The notes under the pieces were generated by a model. That model was not told the origin of the DNA and did not search any database. It saw nothing but the letters and a program-made list of their open reading frames with translations. Positions 53,108 to 64,000 of a stretch of DNA of 64,000 bases are shown here, one piece after another (the first letter of the stretch is position 1; the number at the start of each line of letters is the position of its first letter). The stretch lies in NCBI RefSeq assembly GCF_001194135.2, contig NC_068981.1, forward strand, positions 190,170,270 through 190,234,269, written 5' to 3'. Source of the stretch: Octopus bimaculoides (lineage: Eukaryota). The position numbers and the translations under genes were made by a program.

Positions 53108-53218
53108 TGTGTATGCATATGTGTGTGTGAGTGTAAGTATGTTTGTGTGCATCTGCATGTGTGTGTGTGTGTATGTATAAATATATCTATATATATATAT
53201 ATGTATGTATATATAGAC

Positions 53219-53629
53219 GCAGGAGTGGCTGTGTGGTAAGTAGCTTGCTTACCAACCACATGGTCCCGGGTTCAGTGCCACTGCGTGGCACCTCGGGCAA
53301 GTGTCTTCTACTATACCCTCAGGCCGACCAAAGCCTTGTGAGCGGATTCGGTAGACGGAAACTGAAAGAAGCCCGTCGTATATATGTATATATATATGTA
53401 TGTGTGTGTGTATATGTTTGTGTGTCTGTGTTTGTGTGTCTGTGTCCCACTTGACAACCGATGCTGGTGTGTTTACATCCCCGTAACTTAGTGGTTCAGC
53501 AAAAGAGACCGATAGAATAAGTATTAGGCTTACAAAGAATATGTCCTGAGGGTCAATTTACTTGACTAAAGGCGGTGCTCCAGCATGGCTACAGTCAAAT
53601 GACTGAAACAAATAAAAGAGTAAAAGAAT
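53219..53629 (+). mobile_element. Full SINE AB (reference copy)
   Basis: tRNA-like head, body, short (TA/TG)n tract at ~53378-53440, 3' half, gaaacaaataaaagagtaaaagaata tail. Confidence 0.85.
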
Positions 53630-53673
53630 ATATATATATATATATATTACCATAATAAACACATTTTTACCGA

Positions 53674-54080
53674 ACATGAGGAAATGCAACTCTCAAAGCT
53701 GGCCTGAGGTTTTTTCACGCTAGCTGCTTGATAAATTCTTGTAAAAGATTTTATCCTATTGTTGAATTAATTAAATATATAACCGGAATATATTCAGGGC
53801 TGAATTTTATTCTGGATAAAAAAACACATGTACCGAGATGCACTTAAAAAAGACCCTGCCTTTTACATGGATATATAGAGATAAACAATCTTCTATGTAC
53901 TATGCCGGATACATGAGTTGTTCGTTTGGTATGTTGAATTTTATGTTTATTTTTATGTATTCTGACCATACTATACTGATGAGCAGAGGTTACATATTGT
54001 TGTAATAACTGCGAAATCTTTCGATATATAGTTCAGTCTGTTTTTAAGGGGCCAGCTTTAAGAGTTGCATTTCCTCGTGT
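53674..54080. mobile_element. ~407-bp element with ~31-bp inverted termini enclosing a hammerhead
   Basis: gaggaaatgcaactctcaaagctggcc (53678-53704) versus ggccagctttaagagttgcatttcctc (54050-54076), 1 mismatch. Confidence 0.65.
53971..54031 (+). ncRNA. Type I hammerhead ribozyme
   Basis: CUAUA-CUGAUGA-GCAG..CUGC-GAAA-UC uuuc GA-UA-UAUAG; perfect 5-bp stem I, closed stem III, AUA triplet. Confidence 0.75.
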
Positions 54081-54147
54081 GTTATGCCCCATGTAAAGTG
54101 TTATACCCATATCAAGCAACAGTATCCACCCTGTTATATGGACAGTC

Positions 54148-54573
54148 GTGGCACTCTGTTGGTTATGATGACAAGGGTTCAAGTTGATCCAATCAATGGA
54201 ACAGCCTGCTTGTGAAATTAATGCACAAGTGGATGAGCATTCCACAGACACGTGTACCCTTAATGTAGTTCTTGAGGAGAACCCATGCCAGCATGGAAAA
54301 CGGACGTTAAATGATGATGATGATTCAGCGTGACACAGGGTGTGACAAGGCTGGCCCCTTTGAATTACAGGTACAACAGAAACAGGAAGAAAGAGTGAGA
54401 GAAAGTTGAGGTGAAAGAGTACAGCAGGGTTCGCTACCACCTTCTGATAAAGCCTCGTGGAGCTTTAGGTGTTTTCACTCAATAAACACTCACAACGCCT
54501 GGTCTGGGAATCGAAACCGTGATCCTACAACTGCAAGTCCGCTGCCCTAACCACTGGGCCATTGCACCTCCAC
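54148..54573 (-). mobile_element. SINE G containing a 41-bp RTE tail insertion (54281-54321)
   Basis: Colinear with 21310-21693 except for the insert. Confidence 0.8.
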
Positions 54574-56559
54574 ACATGGATGATATACCACAAACCTGTA
54601 CACCATCAAACATGCAATCTTGACAAAACATCTGAGACAGATCAGGGACATTATGTGAAAAGACACGACCAGGTGCATCATTCATGGAAAAGAGAAAAAA
54701 AACACAAGTTACCTGGTTAATTTTTCTAATTACATAAGGTGTGTTCATAATAAATATAATTGTTCAGAGCCAGATTTTGGGGTGGAATTGTTTTTAAATG
54801 CAGTTATTATTTATCCTATTTTTTCCTGTTTAATGTCATTAATTTAATTAGCTTTCACTTGAAGCTCTTATAAACAAATCATTGGGACACCTTCAATATT
54901 AATATTTATTACTTTATTTTAAAAATTCTTTTCGCATTTGTCACTATTTTATGTGTCAATTCTAATGTGTCTTTAATATTAATCACCACCACCACCACTA
55001 CCACCACTACCACCAGTGCCACCACCACCACCACCTCCACCTCCTCTCCTCCTCCTACTCCACCACCACCACCACCACCACCACCAACACCAGTGCCATC
55101 ACCATCACTACATACTACTACTACTACTACTACGATCATTATTATTTCACCTGTCTTTTAGTTTTATTGCATTCTTTCAAAGTGNNNNNNNNNNNNNNNN
55201 NNNNNNNNNNNNNNNNNNNNNNNNNNNNNNNNNNNNNNNNNNNNNNNNNNNNNNNNNNNNNNNNNNNNNNNNNNNNNNNNNNNNNNNNNNNNNNNNNNNN
55301 NNNNNNNNNNNNNNNNNNNNNNNNNNNNNNNNNNNNNNNNNNNNNNNNNNNNNNNNNNNNNNNNNNNNNNNNNNNNNNNNNNNNNNNNNNNNNNNNNNNN
55401 NNNNNNNNNNNNNNNNNNNNNNNNNNNNNNNNNNNNNNNNNNNNNNNNNNNNNNNNNNNNNNNNNNNNNNNNNNNNNNNNNNNNNNNNNNNNNNNNNNNN
55501 NNNNNNNNNNNNNNNNNNNNNNNNNNNNNNNNNNNNNNNNNNNNNNNNNNNNNNNNNNNNNNNNNNNNNNNNNNNNNNNNNNNNNNNNNNNNNNNNNNNN
55601 NNNNNNNNNNNNNNNNNNNNNNNNNNNNNNNNNNNNNNNNNNNNNNNNNNNNNNNNNNNNNNNNNNNNNNNNNNNNNNNNNNNNNNNNNNNNNNNNNNNN
55701 NNNNNNNNNNNNNNNNNNNNNNNNNNNNNNNNNNNNNNNNNNNNNNNNNNNNNNNNNNNNNNNNNNNNNNNNNNNNNNNNNNNNNNNNNNNNNNNNNNNN
55801 NNNNNNNNNNNNNNNNNNNNNNNNNNNNNNNNNNNNNNNNNNNNNNNNNNNNNNNNNNNNNNNNNNNNNNNNNNNNNNNNNNNNNNNNNNNNNNNNNNNN
55901 NNNNNNNNNNNNNNNNNNNNNNNNNNNNNNNNNNNNNNNNNNNNNNNNNNNNNNNNNNNNNNNNNNNNNNNNNNNNNNNNNNNNNNNNNNNNNNNNNNNN
56001 NNNNNNNNNNNNNNNNNNNNNNNNNNNNCATACATACATACGTACATACATACATACACACATACATACATATGAGTTCCTTAAAATATTTTCATGCTTT
56101 AGTGTTGTACATTTACTAAACTTTTCCTATATTTTTAACATCAGGGTACATTAGTAACTATTGATGATTAAAATTGTAGTAAAAGAATTTTAAACACGAT
56201 AGAACAAGACGGCTGGGAGATATAAAATCTTAGATCAAAAGACAGACACAAACAAATAAATACGTTCATATTCCCATAAAAAAAACCTTTTTTCTGTTTT
56301 TTAGTTTTTTGTTTGACTTTATGTTATCTTTTCTGAAAATTGAATTGCAGAGAATCAAAAGTATTGACTGGTATTTGCAGGAGAGACTAGAGACGAGATG
56401 TGGTTATGTTTTAGTGAAAAGCATTTAATGCAAATAGGAGATGTCTGGCAGATAAAAAGACAAAAGAGAACGTGAAGAGAGTTCCAGGAGAAAGCTATCA
56501 ATTTTAGGGGTAAATGAAGAAATCAGTGGTAAAAGAAGAGATTGTTAGGGATGGAGAGA

Positions 56560-56799
56560 GATTATTTACATTATTGACATTGGACGGTTATTTGTCCTCA
56601 TCTTGCTTGTTGTTACCACAACGTTTCTGCTACTTTGCTCTCCAGCCTTCATCAGGTGTCCTAGGGGAATTTCAAACCTGGCTTCTCATTCCTAAGGTAT
56701 TTTTCTGATGCTATTATTATTATTATTATTATTCAGGTCACTGCCTGGAATTGAACTTGGGGTTAGTAGACCACACTCTTAACCACTATGCCATATGCC
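56560..56799 (-). mobile_element. SINE E: tRNA-like head + (AAT)n + hammerhead-bearing body
   Basis: Minus strand ggcatatggcatagtggttaagagtg..agttcaattccaggcagtgacctg (aat)n ..gacac-CTGATGA..GAAA-cgtt-gtggt; stem II partly decayed. Confidence 0.7.
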
Positions 56800-57257
56800 A
56801 GTCGGCAATCATGGAGTGAATTTTAGAGCTTATAAATCTAATATTTTCTTATCATTCCTTAATACCAGTTCCCATATGCTACTCATATCTGCACTAGGTA
56901 TGCTTAAGAGGTTAATATGTTCTAGCATTTGTGCTGCCACTTTTAGTTTTCATATTTTCCAATGGTGTTCACTGTCTATTATTTTAACTTCATCCCACAG
57001 GTGGCCCCTGTTTTTCCATACATCATCAGCGAACTCAATTTATCAGTATCTCCTTGTGTCACAGCTTTATGATGTTCCACTACCCTTGTTTTGAGGGGGC
57101 AGAGTGTTTTGCCTTTCACATCTCTCAAATATAGAACTGTGGATGGAGAGAGGTTTCAGATAAAACTATAAAACTGAGGAAATTAGGTTGCATTAGGTTT
57201 GATGTTGCGGAGGCAAGTGGCTTAGTGGTTAGGCTGCTAGGCTCATGATCACAAGAT

Positions 57258-57958
57258 TCATCATCATCATCATCATCATCATCGTTTAACGTCCGTTTTC
57301 CATGCTGGCATGGGTTGGATGGTTTGACTGGGACTGGAAAGCCAGATGGCTGCTCCAGGTTCCAATCTGATCTGGCAATGTTTCTACGGCTGGATGCCCT
57401 TCCTAATGCTAACCTCTCCGAGAGTGTAGTGGGTGCTTTTACATGCCACCGGCACAAAGGCCAGTCAGGTGGCACTGGCATCAACCACATTTGGATGGTG
57501 ATTTTTACATGATACTGGCACAGAAGCCAGTCAGGTGGCACTGGTATCAGCCACATTCGAATGGTCCTTTTTACATGTCACCAGCCACAGAAGCCAGTCA
57601 GGGCAGGGTGGAGGGGCTGGCTGGCTTCGACTACGTTTGGATGGTGCTTTTTACGTGCCACTGACACAGGGAGCCAGTCAGGTGGCACTGGCAATGACAC
57701 ACGCAGGAATGGTGCTTATTGCATGCCACCAGCATGGGAGCCAGTCAGGTGGCACTGGCATTGGCCACAACTACAATTTCCATTTGATTTTTGATTTTGA
57801 TTATATTTGACTCAATAAGTCTCCTCAAGCACCGCGTATCACTTAATGATTCAGAGGTTATGCGACACTGGTATAGGCTACGGCTGTAATCTCACTTTAC
57901 TTGCTGGGCCTTCTCAATCTAAGCGTATCTCCAGAGGTCTCAGTCTCTTGTCATCGCC
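57258..57958 (-). mobile_element. 5'-truncated RTE (ORF2 end + five-unit hairpin UTR + tail) inserted in a tRNA-SINE head (57208-57257 / 57960-58150)
   Basis: ORF end gaggcgatgacaagagactgagacctctggagatacgc resembles ~26390-26440. The SINE head resumes at tatggtttcaaattcctggacc. Confidence 0.75.
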
Positions 57959-58635
57959 TCTATGGTTTCAAATTCCTGGACCAGACAATGCATTATGGTC
58001 TTGAGCAAAACACCTCATTTCATGCTGTTCTTGTCCATTCAGCTGGTAAAAATGAGTAACCATGCAACAGACCAGTGTCCATCCTGGGCAGAATATATAT
58101 GCCAAAGAAACAGGGAAGCTGGCTCTGTGTTCCTTATGGAGTTATGTGGACTAACCAGGTTTGATTTCAAACAGGTTAATGTGGAGATGGTCATCAGTTG
58201 ATTAAGGTTTCTTAAACCAATACAGACCTGTATGCCTTTTAGCTTCAAGTCACCTGTTGTATAATCAAACATATTCTGGCCATGGCCAATTAAAGTCTTT
58301 CTGCCTATCTAGGACTGCATTACATTGTTCCATACAGCCTTCTTTTAAGATCACTGGAGGAAGTCAACCTTGGCAGAACTAAACTCAGAACATAACGGTC
58401 TGGCGTGCTAATGATTCTGCCAGCTCGTCATCTTAATAATAATAATGATAATTATTAAAATTTTTGCCACAAAGGCAGCTTGTGGGAGGTGGGGATGTGG
58501 TTGATGGAGATATTGGCTGCACTTTCTAGTAAATCTATTAGCCATGTAGAGGTCTTGCTCATAGCTCATCATCAATTGTAGTCTGTGGCAAAAATAGCAA
58601 ATATTTATTTGCAGTTAGTGCAGTGTTTGGTTATA

Positions 58636-59452
58636 TCAGGTCATTCCATAAGTTCTGTCCGATTTTACCTTTTTTAAAATTGAATGAAATTTGATAGCTT
58701 TTTAGAATGTCTAATGGAATTAAAAATCATTTTTATGCATTTGTGTACATTTAAACTAATTAAATATTATTTTACAGAATAATACAATTAAAATTTCTTT
58801 GATTAAAACCCTTTCTAACATGGAAGTATCCAAAGAGCATTTAAGGCACAAAGTGCTTTATGAGTACAAAAAAGGAAACTCTGCATCCAAAGAGACTCGA
58901 AACATACACTCAGTTCATGGGAAAGAATGCTTGAATGAAAGAATTTGCAGAAGATNNNNNNNNNNNNNNNNNNNNNNNNNNNNNNNNNNNNNNNNNNNNN
59001 NNNNNNNNNNNNNNNNNNNNNNNNNNNNNNNNNNNNNNNNNNNNNNNNNNNNNNNNNNNNATTATCAGTTGAAGAATTGGCAATAAAGCTTAGTTCAAAC
59101 CATACAACTGTTCATCGTCATCTTCAACAACTTGGAAAGGTTCCTAAACTTGGAAAATGGGTGCCTCATGAATTGGCCGAAAGCAACTGCAAATCCTGAG
59201 TTGACATCTGCTCTTCTCTCCATTCTTGCAAACTCATTTCACCCTTTTTGGATAGACTTGTGACTGGTGATGAAAAATGGATCTTCTATCGAAATGTTAA
59301 ACGTCGTAAACGATGGCTTGATAAAAGGGGAAAAGCTCAACCACAACCGAGAAGGGAACTTCATGGGAAAAAGGTTCTTCTCTCTATCTGGTGGGATTTC
59401 AAAGGAGTAATTCACTTTGAATTGTTACCACCTAATGCAACAATCAATGCTG
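58636..59452 (+). mobile_element. Mariner, same family as 8569-9721, 3'-truncated
   Basis: Left TIR tcaggtcattccataagttctgtccgatttt; retains LVTGDEKWIFY..KKVLLSIWWDFKGVIHFELLP. Confidence 0.9.
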
Positions 59453-60137
59453 TATAAATAAAAAAAAAAGTATATATATACATGTCTAATGCATACATAT
59501 GTACACCTGTTTTTATTCTACTACTACTACTACTGACCTGTCCAACAATCCTAATTCCTTTCTCTACCCCATCATTTAGACTCCATCACTGCAAATGACA
59601 TTCCTTAAAACTTTATATATCTCTCTCCATAACTCTCCATTCCTTCTATCTTTCTCTCTCTTTCATCCTTATCCTCCCGTTCCTACCTTCTTATTATATT
59701 CACTGACCATTCTGGTACACTTTCCCTTATCTCTATTTTTGTATTCCTTTTTCCCACCTTTTTTTCCTTTTTTTTTTTTCCTCTTCCTTTATTCCTCTCT
59801 TCCTGTTTTCGATTTGGCCCTACTAATACATTCCCTGCTTTTAGGTCACTTTAAACAGAACCCTTGATTCAATAACACTGTGTATAAACTCTGTATTTGG
59901 AATGACCAATTTCAAAGACTGTTGGATTTTACTCATAGGGGATTGGAATATTAATAACGGATTTACAAAGGCAAAGACCAATCTTAAAAACAATTGGATT
60001 TTACTCCCAAGGTATTGGAATCTTATATGTATACCATTCTGCCTAAACATTTGATTTACAAATACAATATCCCTACATTCACTCTCTATTTCCTATCTTA
60101 TGTAAACTAACTATTGCTTAATCATCCTCTCACACCG

Positions 60138-60183
60138 TCTCCGATGAAGGGATATAATAAATATCCTGGAAACAGCTGTAAGA
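60138..60183 (+). ncRNA. Hammerhead-like motif with core variant CCGAUGA
   Basis: ucu-CCGAUGA-agGGAUAU aauaa AUAUCCug-GAAA-CAGCUG-UA-aga; palindromic stem III. Confidence 0.55.
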
Positions 60184-60869
60184 ACTTCTATTTATAAATG
60201 TTCTATAACGCACACAGCCTTGGTTTTTTTATTGCATTATGAAAAGTAAATCCTTATATATATATATATATAATGTTTTTGAGTGGGTATATATACATGT
60301 ACACACACACAGAGGACAATTAAAATACTAGAAAAGAAACAAAAGAATGATCTCAGCTTATATTTTTTCTCTCTTAGGTTGGCTTTCATGAAATTGGAAT
60401 GTAAACATGACAACTTAAAAATGACGTTTCATAAAGAATTCAAGAGAGGAAAATAAAGTCAAGTGTGCAAATGTGCCTAAGAGAAATATAGTATAATAGT
60501 TACATTTTCAGGTAAATACAAATAAAATGATTATTTCACAACGATGTAAGGAAATTGGGAAGAGAACAGAAGAAAATATAAAAGAAAATTTTCGTTTAAA
60601 ATTTTTCTTCATAATTTTATTTTTCTTGAAATTAGAATATAAACATAGAAATTTAAAATCATGTTTCATGAAAAATTCGATTGAGGAAAGTAAAGTTGTA
60701 TGTTCATGTCTAGGCAATTGTGTGGATGTGTGGCTTGCTGTGAGGAGTGGAAAATTTAATGGTGCAGATGGATTCCTTCTTCAGGGAAATATTGAAAGGT
60801 GCAAAGTTAATGAGGGACACAAGTGTTGTACATACTCTAAGATGAAAAAAAAACTGGCTGCAACTGATA

Positions 60870-61200
60870 GAAGGAAGGGAGCACTCCGTCAGTTACGACG
60901 AAGAGGGTCCCAGCTGATACGAACAACGGAACAGCTTGCTTGTGAAATTAATGTGCAAGTGGCTGAGCAATCCACAGACACGTGTACCCCTAACGTAGTT
61001 CTCATGGAGATTCAGCGTGACACAGAGTGTGACAAAGCCGACCCTTTGAAATACAGGTACTACTCATTTTTGCCAGCTAAGTGGACTGGAGCAATGTGAA
61101 ATACAGTGTCTTGCTCAAGGACACAATGCGTCGCTGGGAATTGAACTCACGACCTTACGATCATGAGCCGAATGCCCTAACCACTAAGCCACACACCTTC
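60870..61200 (-). mobile_element. SINE with H head and G tail, 17-bp target site duplication
   Basis: actggctgcaactgata at 60853-60869 and 61201-61217. Confidence 0.8.
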
Positions 61201-61859
61201 ACTGGCTGCAACTGATAAGGAATGCAGGACCATATGAACATCACGTGTCGACAAGAAGTGGTAAGAGAAACTGTGTGGGAAGGTAGAAGGAAAGAGTAAT
61301 AGAATGAAGAGGAGAAGGAGGCAAATTCGAATGTGAGGTGAAGGGGAAGAGCTGAGGGAGACGGGAGCTGAAGGGTAAGAAAGGGTTTAATGGACTAAAA
61401 GGTGTTGGAGTAGAGGGAAAAAGCATTCATTTAAACCTGTTGGTGACCTGGTGCAAAGTTTAAATATGAAGCATTGTTGCCCTCCATTTCCATGAAAATG
61501 TGGATCCAAGATGTGCAGAGATGCTGCACATTGGAAAATGAGTGAAGGAATGGTCAGTAGTGTTGAAGTGGGGGGTGACAGATTGGCCTAGCATTCATAG
61601 TAGTATGTTTCGAATGTGCTCCCAAAAAGGATCAGCAACACCTGTCCTTATATTAACTATAACCATCACAGGACCTAAGTTATAATATTACATTACTCAG
61701 AACTTCTGTTGCACCTCATCTAACCTTATATGGGGCAAATAAACATCAGAGATGTTTTTCCCCATGCAGCGACTGCAAGAGTTCCTCAGAGGTTTTGCAA
61801 GCAGATATGTCAGGACCCCTTTACCTGTAAGACTCACCTGTGTGGAGCAGCAAGGACTG

Positions 61860-62350
61860 AGCTAGTTTTCCCCTATGGAAGGGTTTCATTTATCATCTCT
61901 TACCGATCATAGATATCTTGAGCTAGTTTCAGCAACCATGCCTATTGCCTTGATGGTTTCCTTTACTTGTCTGAGTTCCAGACATATTTTTCTGCAGGAA
62001 ATAATTCACTAAGCAAGATGGAAAGTCACAGCAGCCGATTGCAATACGGAATAAAGGTACTTGCCAGCCCTTAACAAGGGCCTCATCTAAGTCCTGATAT
62101 TTCAATTTTTTTTTTACCTGTTGAGAGATATTGAATCTGTCCTTGAAGTGTACTCTGAGTTCAACCACAATTGTTGTTTTTTGTATTCCTGAAGAGCAAG
62201 AATATGTCTGGTCAGAATGATGTTACCACTGTCTCCTTTGGGAAGACAAGTCTGCACCTCAAGTCCAATTGTATCTTCCATCCTGAGGCTGAACACAAAT
62301 AGCACCTTGTATATTGGAGAAACAATGCTTTGCTGATTGCTTTCAGGAGC
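61860..62350 (-). mobile_element. HERO/R2-group non-LTR RLE C-terminal fragment
   Basis: LTRHILAL..TTIVVELRVHFKDRF..KKLKYQDL..KGWQVPLFRIAIGCCDF..IKAIGMVAETSSRYL resembles RPDI..IELTVP..K..KY..L..GW..VEVGCRGF..AE.AS.W. Confidence 0.55.
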
Positions 62351-62405
62351 ATATTTGAAGAATGCTATGGTGTATGCCCAGCCTACCTGTCACTAGCTAC
62401 TTTAA

Positions 62406-62623
62406 CCCTTTCAATACCAACCTGGCTGAAACCGCCTCTGGCTCTGAGTACAAATGCCTTGTTTTCATAAGTCTTGAATTAAAATCTTCCACCAAACCTT
62501 AGTCACAATTTATGTCCCTAACATTAGCTTAATGATAATGAAGTTATTTTACTAAATTCTTTATTATATTTAGAATAATTGAGAGAAACAGAGCATCTCA
62601 AAATAAATATGGTAACGAAAGGG
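62406..62623. mobile_element. piggyBac-type MITE, 218 bp
   Basis: TTAA on both sides; TIR ccctttcaatacca / tggtaacgaaaggg (2 mismatches). Confidence 0.8.
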
Positions 62624-62789
62624 TTAACATTACAAACCATTCTATCATTCAGTTATCAGCGTGCAGCATCTCTGCACACAATGGAACTGTATCTTCAAAC
62701 AAACAGAGAGAAGAATGTTTCATTTTTGAATTTGGCATCATGTCACCAACAAGTTTAAATGAGACTAGGAGAAAAATCATGCACGGTTT

Positions 62790-63060
62790 AAGAGATCAGC
62801 TGCCTGGCAGATGTTAATACCTCATCAAATATTGCTGGAAAGAATATCTATGGAAGATTAATGAAAAAACTATGGTCCTTAGATACAGGCAATAAATTTT
62901 CATTTGTTCCTATTATCATTTCTATGCCTGCATATGTAACAATGTGTTTGCATAAAAGCTTAGAAATAGTAACATTTTCCAAAGAGGAACCAACGAAGCT
63001 GATACATATTCTCCAAATGCAGTTGATTAGTGGTGCACAGTGAAAATTAGTAGAATATTC
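62790..63060 (+). mobile_element. Old diverged copy of RLE family F
   Basis: EISCLADVN..KNIYGRLMKKLWSL..KFSFVPIII..YVTMCL..KLIHILQMQLISG. Confidence 0.6.
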
Positions 63061-63189
63061 TGTGAATTCTCCATTTAAGGTTCTTGGGTGTGGCAAATAC
63101 ATACAATTACGTACAGATATAGAATTCACACACACACACGTGCAGATATATAAGCACAAATGAACACAAACACACAAGAGCACAAAGTT

Positions 63190-63223
<34 letters not shown>

Positions 63224-63395
63224 GCATACATACATAAATACATATGTAGATACATCCATACATAATATACACATACATACATGCATACATAAATACATAC
63301 ATGCATAAATACATCCATTCATCCATCCATCCATCCATCCATTCATCCATACATACATACAAACATACATACATACATACATACATACATACATA

Positions 63396-63725
63396 CTGTG
63401 CACAGTTGTGGAAATTAGCTGCCTAGCGGATGTTAATATAAAGCTGAAGATCAGTGAAAAAGAGAACACCTATGCTGAACTATTGAGAAATCTGTGGTTA
63501 CGTTACTCTATCTAGATTACAAGTTCAGGTTTATATCTATAATTATTGAGGTCCTGTAACACGCTGCCTAAATACCAATCTTGAGAAATTAGGCTTCTCA
63601 AAACCAGAAAGTAGAAAGCTACTTCGAACCCTACAGAACCAATCCATCACTGGAACTGTAAAAATCTGTAAAACTTTCCAGAAGTTTATCATTCAAATAT
63701 ATATGAGCATGTCTAGATATGTAAA
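63396..63725 (+). mobile_element. RLE family F 3' fragment
   Basis: Colinear with 27360-27670, including the post-stop atatatgagcatgtctagatatgtaa. Confidence 0.8.
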
Positions 63726-64000
63726 TATATGCATGAAAATACATACATAAAACATACCTACATACATACATACATGCATGCATGTATATGTACATACAAA
63801 CAAAACTACCCCGTTGTTGATGTTGAAATTCCAATTAAAGAGCCTTTGATCTAGGTTAGAAACCAGTTCTTTCTCTATTGGCAAGAAATGTTGAAACAAA
63901 CTGAATAATGACTGATACATACATTTACTAACCAATCCATGGAACCACAAACCTTGAGATCAGTTTTAATTTAAACAAATGAGTCTTGCTACTTCGTTAG

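Noticed and set aside
57460-57760. CRISPR-like or recombination-site-like array of palindromic repeats
   Set aside because: Spacers are homologous to each other, the array sits inside an RTE 3' UTR in eukaryotic DNA, and there are no cas genes.
60527-61099. 190-aa ORF
   Set aside because: The 3' half is SINE G/H sequence and the 5' half is AT-rich with no recognisable domain.

Overview
AT-rich, microsatellite-dense animal DNA with many N gaps. The repeat families look like those of an octopod cephalopod (inference from recalled motifs, no database search). I could not support any host protein-coding exon, true tRNA/rRNA gene or CRISPR array; nearly all ORF-track entries are translations of simple repeats or Ns. 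The window is a transposon graveyard: several Tc1/mariner copies, a terminus-to-terminus Chapaev-3-like (CMC) transposon nested in a mariner, a non-autonomous Helitron, piggyBac- and Tc1-type MITEs, RTE, CR1/L2, R4/Dong-like and HERO-like LINE fragments, Penelope-like (PLE) RT and GIY-YIG fragments, and several tRNA-derived SINE families. The main signal is a set of seven recognisable hammerhead ribozyme (HHR) cores in about 20 kb (40.3-60.2 kb), belonging to five unrelated sequence families: two ~350-bp tandem-unit retrozyme-like elements, a tRNA-headed SINE carrying an HHR (3 copies), an HHR inside a ~400-bp inverted-repeat-bounded element, and a core-variant HHR. A PLE RT, the plausible mobiliser, lies nearby. 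Also notable: an RTE ORF2 with a C4HC3 PHD-type finger inside the RT, and arrays of GCCAGT-N8-ACTGGC hairpins in the RTE 3' UTR.
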